NCBI GenBank assembly: GCA_964016885.1
Contig: OZ024745.1
Location: 6,634,001 to 6,698,000, forward strand
Direction of reading: 5' to 3'
Source: Eledone cirrhosa
Lineage: Eukaryota
Length of the DNA stretch: 64,000 nt
Below are positions 41,081-55,859 of the stretch, in pieces. The translations under genes were made by a program, and so were the position numbers. The stretch's first letter is position 1. Every line of letters starts with the position of its first letter. The notes beneath the pieces are model-generated. The model saw only the letters and a list, made by a program, of their open reading frames with translations, was not told the origin of the DNA and did no database searches.

Positions 41081-44000
41081 ACACATTCATTTGGTCTCTA
41101 TTGGTGACATGACACATTCACTTTGTCTCTATTGGTGACGTGACACATTCACTTTGTCTCTATTGGTGACATGACACGTTCATTTTGTCTCTATTGGTGA
41201 CATGACACATTCACTTTGTCTCTATTGGTGACATGACACATTCACTTTGTCTCTATTGGTGACATGACACACTCACTTTGTCTCTATATGTGACATGACA
41301 CATTCACTTTGTCTCTATTGGTGACATGACACATTCATTTGGTCTCTCTTGGTGACATGCCACATTCATTTGGTCTCTATTGGTGACATGCCACATTCAT
41401 TTGGTCTCTATTGGTGACATGCCACGTTCACTTTGTCTCTATTGGTGACATGCCACATTCACTTTGTCTCTATTGGTGACATAACACATTCACTTTGTCT
41501 CTATTGTTGACATGACACATTCACTCTGTCTCTATTAGTGACATAACACATTCACATTGTCTCTATTGGTGACATGACACATTCACTTTGTCTCTTATAG
41601 TGACGTGACACATTCACTTTGTCTCTATTGGTGACATGACACATTCACATTGTCTCTATTGGTGACATGACACATTCACTTTGTCTCTATTGGTTACATG
41701 ACACATTCACTTTGTCTCTATTGGTGACATGACACATTCATTTGGTCTCTATTGGTGACATGACACATTCATTTGGGCTCAATTGGTGACATGACACATT
41801 CATTTGGTCTTTATTGGTGAGATGACACCTTCATTTGGTCTCTATTGGTGACATGACACCTTCATTTGGTCTCTATTGGCGACGTGACACATTCATTTGG
41901 TCTCTATTGGTGACGTGACACATTCCTTTGGTCTCTATTGGTGACGTGACACATTCATTTTGTCTCTATTGGTGACATGACACATTCACTTTGTCTCTAT
42001 TGGTGACATGACACATTCACTTTGTCTCTATTGGTGACATGACACATTCATCTGGTCTCTATTGGTGACATGACACATTCATTTGTTCTCTATTGGTGAC
42101 ATGACACGTTCACTTTGTCTCTATTGGTGACATGACACATTCATTTTATCTCTATTGGTTGCATGACACATTCATTTTGTCTCTATTGGTGGCATGACAC
42201 ATTCACTTTGTCTCTATTGGTGACATGACACATTCATTTTGTCTCTATTGGTGACATGACACATTCACTTTGTCTCTATTGGTGACATGACAGATTCACT
42301 TTTTCTCTATTGGTGACATGACACATTCACTTGGTCTCTATTGGTGAGATGACACATTCACATTGTCTCTATTGGTGACATGACACATGCACTTTGTCTC
42401 TATTGGTGGCATGACACATTCATTTGGTCTCTATTGGTGACATGACACATTCACTTTGTCTCTATTGGTGACATGACACATTCACTTTGTCTCTATTGGT
42501 GACATGACACATTCATTTTGTGTCTTTTGGTGACATGACACATTCATTTTGTGTCTATTGGTGACATGACACATTCATTTGGTCTCTATTGGTGACATGA
42601 CACATTCATGTTGTGTCTTTTGGTGACATGACACATTCATTTTGTGTCTATTGGTGACATGACACATTCATTTGGTCTCTATTGGTGACATGACACATTC
42701 ATTTGGTCTCTATTGGTGACATGACACATTCACTTTGTCTCTATTGGTGACGTGACACATTCACTTTGTCTCTATTGGTGACATGACACGTTCATTTTGT
42801 CTCTATTGGTGACATGACACATTCACTTTGTCTCTATTGGTGACATGACACATTCACTTTGTCTCTATTGGTGACATGACACACTCACTTTGTCTCTATA
42901 TGTGACATGACACATTCACTTTGTCTCTATTGGTGACATGACACATTCATTTGGTCTCTCTTGGTGACATGCCACATTCATTTGGTCTCTATTGGTGACA
43001 TGCCACATTCATTTGGTCTCTATTGGTGACATGCCACGTTCACTTTGTCTCTATTGGTGACATGCCACATTCACTTTGTCTCTATTGGTGACATAACACA
43101 TTCACTTTGTCTCTATTGGTGACATGACACATTCACTCTGTCTCTATTAGTGACATAACACATTCACATTGTCTCTATTGGTGACATGACACATTCACTT
43201 TGTCTCTATTAGTGACATGACACATTCACTTTGTCTCTTATAGTGACGTGACACATTCACTTTGTCTCTATTGGTGACATGACACATTCACATTGTCTCT
43301 ATTGGTGACATGACACATTCATTTGGGCTCAATTGGTGACATGACACATTCATTTGGTCTTTATTGGTGACATGACACCTTCATTTGGTCTCTATTGGTG
43401 ACATGACACCTTCATTTGGTCTCTATTGGTGACGTGACACATTCATTTGGTCTCTATTGGTGACGTGACACATTCCTTTGGTCTCTATTGGTGACGTGAC
43501 ACATTCATTTTGTCTCTATTGGTGACATGACACATTCACTTTGTCTCTATTGGTGACATGACACATTCACTTTGTCTCTATTGGTGACATGACACATTCA
43601 TCTGGTCTCTATTGGTGACATGACACATTCATTTGTTCTCTATTGGTGACATGACACGTTCACTTTGTCTCTATTGGTGACATGACACATTCATTTTATC
43701 TCTATTGGTTGCATGACACATTCATTTTGTCTCTATTGGTGGCATGACACATTCACTTTGTCTCTATTGGTGACATGACACATTCATTTTGTCTCTATTG
43801 GTGACATGACACATTCACTTTGTCTCTATTGGTGACATGACAGATTCACTTTTTCTCTATTGGTGACATGACACATTCACTTGGTCTCTATTGGTGAGAT
43901 GACACATTCACATTGTCTCTATTGGTGACATGACACATTCACTTTGTCTCTATTGGTGGCATGACACATTCATTTGGTCTCTATTGGTGGCATGACACAT

Positions 44001-47000
44001 TCACTTTGTCTCTATTGGTGACATGACACATTCACTTTGTCTCTATTGGTGACATGACACATTCATTTTGTGTCTTTTGGTGACATGACACATTCATTTT
44101 GTGTCTATTGGTGACATGACACATTCATTTGGTCTCTATTGGTGAGATGACACATTCATTTTGTGTCTTTTGGTGACATGACACATTCATTTTGTGTCTA
44201 TTGGTGACATGACACATTCATTTGGTCTCTATTGGTGACATGACACATTCATTTGGTCTCTATTGGTGACATGACACATTCACTTTGTCTCTATTGGTGA
44301 CGTGACACATTCACTTTGTCTCTATTGGTGACATGACACGTTCATTTTGTCTCTATTGGTGACATGACACATTCACTTTGTCTCTATTGGTGACATGACA
44401 CATTCACTTTGTCTCTATTGGTGACATGACACACTCACTTTGTCTCTATATGTGACATGACACATTCACTTTGTCTCTATTGGTGACATGACACAATCAT
44501 TTGGTCTCTCTTGGTGACATGCCACATTCATTTGGTCTCTATTGGTGACATGCCACATTCATTTGGTCTCTATTGGTGACATGCCACGTTCACTTTGTCT
44601 CTATTGGTGACATGCCACATTCACTTTGTCTCTATTGGTGACATAACACATTCACTTTGTCTCTATTGGTGACATGACACATTCACTCTGTCTCTATTAG
44701 TGACATAACACATTCACATTGTCTCTATTGGTGACATGACACATTCACTTTGTCTCTATTAGTGACGTGACACATTCACTTTGTCTCTATTGTTGACATG
44801 ACACATTCATTTGGTCTCTATTGGTGACATGACACATTCACTTTGTCTCTATTGCTGACATGACACATTCACATTGTCTCTATTGGTGACATGACACATT
44901 CACATTGTCTCTATTGGTGACATGACACATTCACATTGTCTCTATTGGTGACATGACACGTTCACTTTGTCTCTATTGGTGATATGACACATTCATTTTG
45001 TGTCTATTGGTGACATGACACATTCATTTGGTCTCTATTGGTGACATGACACATTCACTTTGTCTCTATTGGTGACATGACACATTCACTTTGTCTCTAT
45101 TGGTGACATGACACATTCACTTTGTCTCTATTGGTGACATGACACTCACTTTGTCTCTATTGGTGACATGACACATTAACTTGGTCTCTATTGCTGACAT
45201 GAGACATTCACTTGGTCTCTATTGCTGACATGACACATTCACTTTGTCTCTATTGGTGACATGACACAGTCATTTTGTCTCTATTGGTGACATGACACAT
45301 TCATTTTGTCTCTATTGGTGACATGACACATTCACTTTGTCTCTATTGGTGACATGACACAGTCACTTTGTCTCTATTGGTGACATGACACATTCACTTT
45401 GTCTCTATTGGTGACATGACACATTCACTTTGTCTCTATTGGTGACATGACACATTCACTTTGTCTCTACTGGTGACATGACACATTCATTTGGTCTCTA
45501 TTGGTGACATGCCACATTCATTTGGTCTCTATTGGTGACATGACACATTCATTTGGTCTCTATTGGTGACATGACACCTTCATTTGGTCTCTATTGGTGA
45601 CATGACACATTCATTTGGTCTCTATTGGTGACGTGACACATTCATTTGGTCTCTATTGGTGACATGACACGTTCATTTGGTCTCTATTGGTGACATGACA
45701 CATTCACTTTGTCTCTATTGGTGACATGACACATTCATTTGGTCTCTATTGGTGACATGCCACATTCATTTGGTCTCTATTGGTGACATGCCATATTCAT
45801 TTGGTCTCTATTGGTGACATGCCACGTTCACTTTGTCTCTATTGATGACATGCCACATTCACTTTGTCTCTATTGGTGACATAACACATTCACTTTGTCT
45901 CTATTGGTGACATGACACATTCACTTTGTCTCTATTAGTGACGTGACACATTCACTTTGTCTCTATTAGTGACATGACACATTCACATTGTCTCTATTGG
46001 TGACATGACACATTCACTTTGTCTCTATTGGTGACATGACACATTCACTTTGTCTCTATTAGTGACGTGACACATTCACTTTGTCTCTATTGGTGACATG
46101 ACACATTCACATTGTCTCTATTGGTGACATGACACATTCACTTTGTCTCTATTGGTGACAGGACACATTCATTTGGTCTCTATTGGTGACATGACACATT
46201 CACTTTGTCTCTATTGCTGACATGACACATTCACTTTGTCTCTATTGGTGACATGACACATTCACTTTGTCTCTATTGGTGACATGACACATTCATTTTG
46301 TGTCTATTAGTGACATGACACATTCATTTGGTCTCTATTGGTGACATGACACATTCATTTGGTCTCTATTGGTGACATGACACATTCACTTTGTCTCTAT
46401 TGGTGACATGACACATTCACTTTGTCTCTATTGGTGACATGACACATTCATTTTGTGTCTTTTGGTGACATGACACATTCATTTTGTGTCTATTGGTGAC
46501 ATGACACATTCATTTGGTCTCTATTGGTGACATGACACATTCCTTTGGTCTCTATTGGTGACATGACACATTCACTTTGTCTCTATTGGTGACGTGACAC
46601 ATTCACTTTGTCTCTATTGGTGACATGACACATTCACTCTGTCTCTATTGGTGACATGACACATTCACTCTGTCTCTATTGGTGACATGACACATTCATT
46701 TTGTCTCTATTGGTGGCATGACACATTCACTTTGTCTCTATTGGTGACATGACACATTCACTTTGTCTCTACTGGTGACATGACACATTCATTTGGTCTC
46801 TATTGGTGACATGCCACATTCATTTGGTCTCTATTGGTGACATGACACATTCATTTGGTCTCTATTGGTGACATGACACCTTCATTTGGTCTCTATTGGT
46901 GACATGACACATTCATTTGGTCTCTATTGGTGACGTGACACATTCATTTGGTCTCTATTGGTGACATGACACGTTCATTTGGTCTCTATTGGTGACATGA

Positions 47001-50000
47001 CACATTCATTTGGTCTCTATTGGTGACATGACACATTCATTTTGTCTCTATTGGTGACATGACACATTCACTTTGTCTCTATTCGTGACATGACACATTC
47101 ACTTTGTCTCTATTGGTGACATGACACATTCACTTTGTCTCTATTGGTGACATGACACATTCACTTTGTCTCTATTGGTGACATGACACATTAATTTTGT
47201 GTCTATTAGTGACATGACACATTCATTTGGTCTCTATTGGTGACATGACACATTCATTTGGTCTCTATTGGTGACATGACACATTCATTTGGTCTCTATT
47301 AGTGACATGACACATTCACTTTGTCTCTATTGGTGGCATGACACATTCACTTTGTCTCTATTGGTGACATGACACATTCACTTGGTCTCTATTGGTGACA
47401 TGACACATTCACTTTGTCTCTATTGGTGACATGACACATTCACTTTGTCTCTATTGGTGGCATGACACATTCATTTGGTCTCTATTGGTGACATGACACA
47501 TTCATTTGTCTCTATTGGTGACATGACACATTTATTTGGACTCTATTGGTGACATGACACATTCACTTTGTCTCTATTGGTGACATGACACATTCACTTT
47601 GTCTCTATTGGTGACATGACACATTCACTTGGTCTCTATTGGTGACATGACACATTCACTTTGTCTCTATTGGTGACATGACACATTCACATTGTCTCTA
47701 TTGGTGACATGACACATTCACTTGGTCTCTATTGGTGACATGACACATTCACATTGTCTCTATTGGTGACATGACACATTCACTTTGTCTCTATTGGTAA
47801 CATGACACATTCACTTTGTCTCTATTGGTGACATGACACGTTCACTTTGTCTCTATTGGTGACGTGACACATTCATTTGGTCTCTATTGGTGACATGACA
47901 CATTCATTTGGTCTCTATTGGTGACATGACACATTCACTTTGTCTCTATTGGTGACATGACACATTCACTTGTTCTCTATTGATGACATGACACATTAAC
48001 TTTGTCTCTATTGCTGACATGACACATTCACTTTGTCTCTATTGGTGACAAGACACATTCATTTTGTCTCTATTGGTGACATGACACATTCATTTGGTCT
48101 CTATTGTTGACATGACACATTCATTTGGTCTCTATTGGTGACATCACACATTCATTTGGTCTCTATTAGTGACATGACACATTCATTTTGTCTTTATTGG
48201 TGACATGACACACTGATTTTGTCTCTATTGGTGACATGACACTTTCACTTTGTCTCTATTGGTGACATGACACATTCATTTGGTCTCTATTAGTGACATG
48301 ACACATTCACTTTGTCTCTATTGGTGACATGACACAGTTACTTAGTCTCTATTGGTAACATGACACATTCACTTTGTCTCTATTGGTGACATGACACATT
48401 CACTTTGTCTCTATTGGTGACATGACACGTTCATTTTGTCTCTATTGGTGACATGACACATTCACTTGGTCTCTATCGGTGACATGACACATTCATTTTG
48501 TCTCTATTGGTGACATGACACATTCACTTTTTCTCTATTGGTGACATGACACATTCACTTGGTCTCTATTGGTAACATGACATATTCACTTTGTCTCTAT
48601 TGGTGACATGACACATTCACTTGGTCTCTATTGGTGACATGACACATTCACTTTGTCTCTATTGGTGACATGACACATTCACTTTGTCTCTATTGGTGAC
48701 ATGACACATTCACTTTGTCTCTATTGGTGACATGACACATTCATTTGGTCTCTATTGGTGACATGACACATTCATTTGGTCTCTATTGGTGACATGACAC
48801 ATTCATTTGGTCTCTATTGGTGACATGACACATTCACTTTGTCTCTATTGGTGACATGACACATTCACTTTGTCTCTATTGGTGACATGACACATTCATT
48901 TTGTCTCTATTGGTGACATGACACATTCATTTGGTCTCTATTGGTGACATGACACATTCATTTTGTGTCTTTTGGTGACATGACACATTCATTTTGTGTC
49001 TATTGGTGACATGACACATTCATTTGGTCTCTATTGGTGACATGACACATTCATTTGGTCTCTATTGGTGACATGACACATTCACTTTGTCTCTATTGGT
49101 GACGTGACACATTCACTTTGTCTCTATTGGTGACATGACACGTTCATTTTGTCTCTATTGGTGACATGACACATTCACTTTGTCTCTATTGGTGACATGA
49201 CACATTCACTTTGTCTCTATTGGTGACATGACACACTCACTTTGTCTCTATATGTGACATGACACATTCATTTGGTCTCTATTGGTGACATGCCACATTC
49301 GTTTGGTCTCTATTGGTGACATGCCACATTCATTTGGTCTCTATTGGTGACATGACACATTCATTTGGTCTCTATTGGTGACATGACACATTCACTTTGT
49401 CTCTATTAGTGACATGACACATTCATTTTGTGTCTTTTGGTGACATGACACATTCACTCTGTCTCTATTAGTGACATAACACATTCACATTGTCTCTATT
49501 GGTGACATGACACATTTACTTTGTCTCTATTGGTGACATGACACATTCACTTTGTCTCTATTAGTGACGTGACACATTCACTTTGTCTCTATTGGTGACA
49601 TGACACATTCACATTGTCTCTATTGGTGACATGACACATTCACTTTGTCTCTATTGGTGACAGGACACATTCATTTGGTCTCTATTGGTGACATGACACA
49701 TTCACATTGTCTCTATTGGTGACATGACACATTCACATTGTCTCTATTGGTGACATGACACATTCACATTGTCTCTATTGGTGACATGACACGTTCACTT
49801 TGTCTCTATTGGTGACATGACACATTCATTTTGTGTCTATTGGTGACATGACACATTCATTTGGTCTCTATTGGTGACATGACACATTCACTTTGTCTCT
49901 ATTGGTAACATGACACATTCACTTTGTCTCTATTGGTGACATGACACGTTCACTTTGTCTCTATTGGTGACGTGACACATTCATTTGATCTCTATTGGTG

Positions 50001-53000
50001 ACATGACACATTCATTTGGTCTCTATTGGTGACATGACACATTCACTTTGTCTCTATTGGTGACATGACACATTCACTTGTTCTCTATTGCTGACATGAC
50101 ACATTAACTTTGTCTCTATTGCTGACATGACACATTCACTTTGTCTCTATTGGTGACAAGACACATTCATTTTGTCTCTATTGGTGACATGACACATTCA
50201 TTTGGTCTCTATTGTTGACATGACACATTCATTTGGTCTCTATTGGTGACATGACACATTCATTTGGTCTCTATTAGTGACATGACACATTCATTTTGTC
50301 TTTATTGGTGACATGACACATTGATTTTGTCTCTATTGGTGACATGACACTTTCACTTTGTCTCTATTGGTGACATGACACATTCATTTGGTCTCTATTA
50401 GTGACATGACACATTCACTTTGTCTCTATTGGTGACATGACACAGTTACTTTGTCTCTATTGGTAACATGACACATTCACTTTGTCTCTATTGGTGACAT
50501 GACTCATTCACTTTGTCTCTATTGGTGACATGACACGTTCATTTTGTCTCTATTGGTGACATGACACATTCACTTGGTCTCTATTGGTGACATGACACAT
50601 TCATTTTGTCTCTATTGGTGACATGACACATTCACTTTTTCTCTATTGGTGACATGACACATTCACTTGGTCTCTATTGGTAACATGACACATTCACTTT
50701 GTCTCTATTGGTGACATGACACATTCACTTGGTCTCTATTGGTGACATGACACAATCACTTTGTCTCTATTGGTGACATGACACATTCACTTTGTCTCTA
50801 TTGGTGACATGACACATTCACTTTGTCTCTATTGGTGACATGACACATTCATTTGGTCTCTATTGGTGACATGACACATTCATTTGGTCTCTATTGGTGA
50901 CATGACACATTCAATTGGTCTCTATTGGTGACATGACACATTCACTTTGTCTCTATTGGTGACATGACACATTCACTTTGTCTCTATTGGTGACATGACA
51001 CATTCATTTTGTGTCTTTTGGTGACATGACACATTCATTTTGTGTCTATTGGTGACATGACACATTCATTTGGTCTCTATTGGTGACATGACACATTCAT
51101 TTTGTGTCTTTTGGTGACATGACACATTCATTTTGTGTCTATTGGTGACATGACACATTCATTTGGTCTCTATTGGTGACATGACACATTCATTTGGTCT
51201 CTATTGGTGACATGACACATTCACTTTGTCTCTATTGGTGACGTGACACATACACTTTGTCTCTATTGGTGACATGACACGTTCATTTTGTCTCTATTGG
51301 TGACATGACACATTCACTTTGTCTCTATTGGTGACATGACACATTCACTTTGTCTCTATTGGTGACATGACACACTCACTTTGTCTCTATATGTGACATG
51401 ACACATTCACTTTGTCTCTATTGGTGACATGACACATTCATTTGGTCTCTATTGGTGACATGCCACATTCGTTTGGTCTCTATTGGTGACATGCCACATT
51501 CATTTGGTCTCTATTGGTGACATGCCACGTTCACTTTGTCTCTATTGGTGACATGCCACATTAACTTTGTCTCTATTGGTGACATAACACATTCACTTTG
51601 TCTCTATTGGTGACATGACACATTCACTCTGTCTCTATTAGTGACATAACACATTCACATTGTCTCTATTGGTGACATGACACATTTACTTTGTCTCTAT
51701 TGGTGACATGACACATTCACTTTGTCTCTATTAGTGACGTGACACATTCACTTTGTCTCTATTGGTGACATGACACATTCACATTGTCTCTATTGGTGAC
51801 ATGACACATTCACTTTGTCTCTATTGGTGACAGGACACATTCATTTGGTCTCTATTGGTGACATGACACATTCACATTGTCTCTATTGGTGACATGACAC
51901 ATTCACATTGTCTCTATTGGTGACATGACACATTCACATTGTCTCTATTGGTGACATGACACGTTCACTTTGTCTCTATTGGTGACATGACACATTCATT
52001 TTGTGTCTATTGGTGACATGACACATTCATTTGGTCTCTATTGGTGACATGACACATTCACTTTGTCTCTATTGGTGACATGACACATTCACTTTGTCTC
52101 TATTGGTGACATGACACATTCACTTTGTCTCTATTGTTGACATGACACATTCACTTTGTCTCTATTGGTGACATGACACATTCACTTTGTCTCTATTGGT
52201 GACATGACACATTCATTTTGTCTCTATTGGTGACATAACACATTCACCTTGTCTCTATTGGTGACATGACACATTAACTTGGTCTCTATTGCTGACATGA
52301 CACATTCATCTTGTCTCTATTGGTGACATGACACATTCATTTTGTCTCTATTGCTGACATGACACATTCATCTTGTCTCTATTGGTGACATGACACATTC
52401 ATTTTGTCTCTATTGGTGACATGACACATTCATTTTGTCTCTATTGGTGACATGACACATTCACTTTGTCTCTATTGGTGACATGACACATTCACATTGT
52501 CTCTATTGGTGACATGACACATTCACTTTGTCTCTATTGGTGACAGGACACATTCATTTGGTCTCTATTGGTGACATGACACATTCACATTGTCTCTATT
52601 GGTGACATGACACATTCACATTGTCTCTATTGGTGACATGACACATTCACATTGTCTCTATTGGTGACATGACACGTTCACTTTGTCTCTATTGGTGACA
52701 TGACACATTCATTTTGTGTCTATTGGTGACATGACACATTCATTTGGTCTCTATTGGTGACATGACACATTCACTTTGTCTCTATTGGTGACATGACACA
52801 TTCACTTTGTCTCTATTGGTGACATGACACATTCACTTTGTCTCTATTGTTGACATGACACATTCACTTTGTCTCTATTGGTGACATGACACATTCACTT
52901 TGTCTCTATTGGTGACATGACACATTCATTTTGTCTCTATTGGTGACATAACACATTCACCTTGTCTCTATTGGTGACATGACACATTAACTTGGTCTCT

Positions 53001-55859
53001 ATTGCTGACATGACACATTCATCTTGTCTCTATTGGTGACATGACACATTCATTTTGTCTCTATTGCTGACATGACACATTCATCTTGTCTCTATTGGTG
53101 ACATGACACATTCATTTTGTCTCTATTGGTGACATGACACATTCATTTTGTCTCTATTGGTGACATGACACATTCACTTTGTCTCTATTGTTGACATGAC
53201 ACATTCACTTGGACTCTATTGGTGACATGACACATTCACTTTGTCTCTATTGGTGACATGACACATTCACTTTGTCTCTATTGGTGACATGACACATTCG
53301 TATTGTCTCTACTGGTGACTGGACACATTCACTTGGTCTCTATTGGTGACATGACACATTCACTTTGTCTCTATTGGTGACATGACACTCACTTTGTCTC
53401 TATTGGTGACATGACACATTCACTTTGTCTCTACTGGTGACATGACACATTCATTTGGTCTCTATTGGTGACATGACACATTCATTTGGTCTCTATTGGT
53501 GACATGACACATTCACTTTGTCTCTATTGGTGACATGACACATTCACTTTGTCTCTACTGGTGACATGACACATTCATTTGGTCTCTATTGGTGACATTA
53601 CACCTTCATTTTGTCTCTATTGGTGACATGACACATTCATTTGGTCTCTATTTGTGACGTGACACATTCATTTGGTCTCTATTGGTGACATGACACGTTC
53701 ATTTGGTCCCTATTGGTGACATGACACATTCACTTTGTCTCTATTGGTGACATGACACATTCACTTGTTCTCTATTGCTGACATGACACATTAACTTTGT
53801 CTCTATTGCTGACATGACACATTCACTTTGTCTCTATTGGTGACAAGACACATTCATTTTGTCTCTATTGGTGACATGACACATTCATTTTGTCTTTATT
53901 GGTGACATGACACATTGATTTTGTCTCTATTGGTGACATGACACTTTCACTTTGTCTCTATTGCTGACATGACACTTTCACTTTGTCTCTATTGGTGACA
54001 TGACACGTTCATTTTGTCTCTATTGGTGACATGACACATTCATTTTGTCTTTATTGGTGACGTGACACATTCACTTTGTCTCTATTGGTGACATGACACA
54101 TTCACTTTGTCTTTATTGGTGACATGACACATTGATTTTGTCTCTATTGGTGACATGACACTTTCACTTCGTCTCTATTGCTGACATGACACTTTCACTT
54201 TGTCTCTATTGCTGACATGACACTTTCACTTTGTCTCTATTGGTGACATGACACGTTCATTTTGTCTCTATTGGTGACATGACACATTCATTTTGTCTTT
54301 ATTGGTGACATGACACCTTCACCTTGTCTCTATTGGTGACATGACACATTCACTTTGTCTCTATTGGTGACGTGACACATTCACTTTGTCTCTATTGGTG
54401 ACATGACACATTCATTTTGTCTCTATTAGTGACATGACACTTTCACTTTGTCTCTATTAGTGACATGACACTTTCACTTTGTCTCTATTGGTGACATGAC
54501 ACATTCACTTGGACTCTATTGGTGACATGACACAGTCACTTTGTCTCTATTGGTGACATGACACAGTTACTTTGTCTCTATTGGTAACATGACACATTCA
54601 CTTTGTCTCTATTGGTGACATGACACATTCACTTTGTCTCTATTGGTGACATGACACGTTCATTTTGTCTCTATTGGTGACATGACACATTCACTTGGTC
54701 TCTATCGGTGACATGACACATTCATTTTGTCACTATTGGTGACATGACACATTCACCTTTTCTCTATTGGTGACATGACACATTCACTTGGTCTCTATTG
54801 GTAACATGACACATTCACTTTGTCTCTATTGGTGACATGACACATTCACTTTGTCTCTATTGGTGACATGCACGTTCATTTGTCTCTATTGGTGACATGA
54901 CACATTCACTTTGTCTCTATTGGTGACATGACACACTCACTTTTTCTCTATATGTGACATGACACATTCACTTTGTCTCTATTGGTGACATGACACATTC
55001 ATTTGGTCTCTATTGGTGACATGACACATTCACTTTGTCTCTATTGGTGACGTGACACATTCACTTTGTCTCTATTGGTAACATGACACATTCACTTTCT
55101 CTCTATTGGTAACATGACACATTCACTTTGTCTCTATTGGTGACATGACACATTCACTTGGTCTCTATTGGTGACATGACACATTCACTTTGTCTCTATT
55201 GGTGACATGACACATTCACTTTGTCTCTATTGGTGACATGACACATTCACTTTGTCTCTATTGGTGACATGACACATTCATTTGGTCTCTATTGGTGACA
55301 TGACACATTCATTTGGTCTCTATTGGTGACATGACACATTCATTTGGTCTCTATTGGTGACATGACACATTCACTTTGTCTCTATTGGTGACATGACACA
55401 TTCACTTTGTCTCTATTGGTGACATGAGACATTCATTTTGTGTCTTTTGGTGACATGACACATTCATTTTGTGTCTATTGGTGACATGACACATTCATTT
55501 GGTCTCTATTGGTGACATGACACATTCATTTTGTGTCTTTTGGTGACATGACACATTCATTTTGTGTCTATTGGTGACATGACACATTCATTTGGTCTCT
55601 ATTGGTGACATGACACATTCATTTGGTCTCTATTGGTGACATGACACATTCACTTTGTCTCTATTGGTGACGTGACACATTCACTTTGTCTCTATTGGTG
55701 ACATGACACGTTCATTTTGTCTCTATTGGTGACATGACACATTCACTTTGTCTCTATTGGTGACATGACACATTCACTTTGTCTCTATTGGTGACATGAC
55801 ACACTCACTTTGTCTCTATATGTGACATGACACATTCACTTTGTCTCTATTGGTGACAT

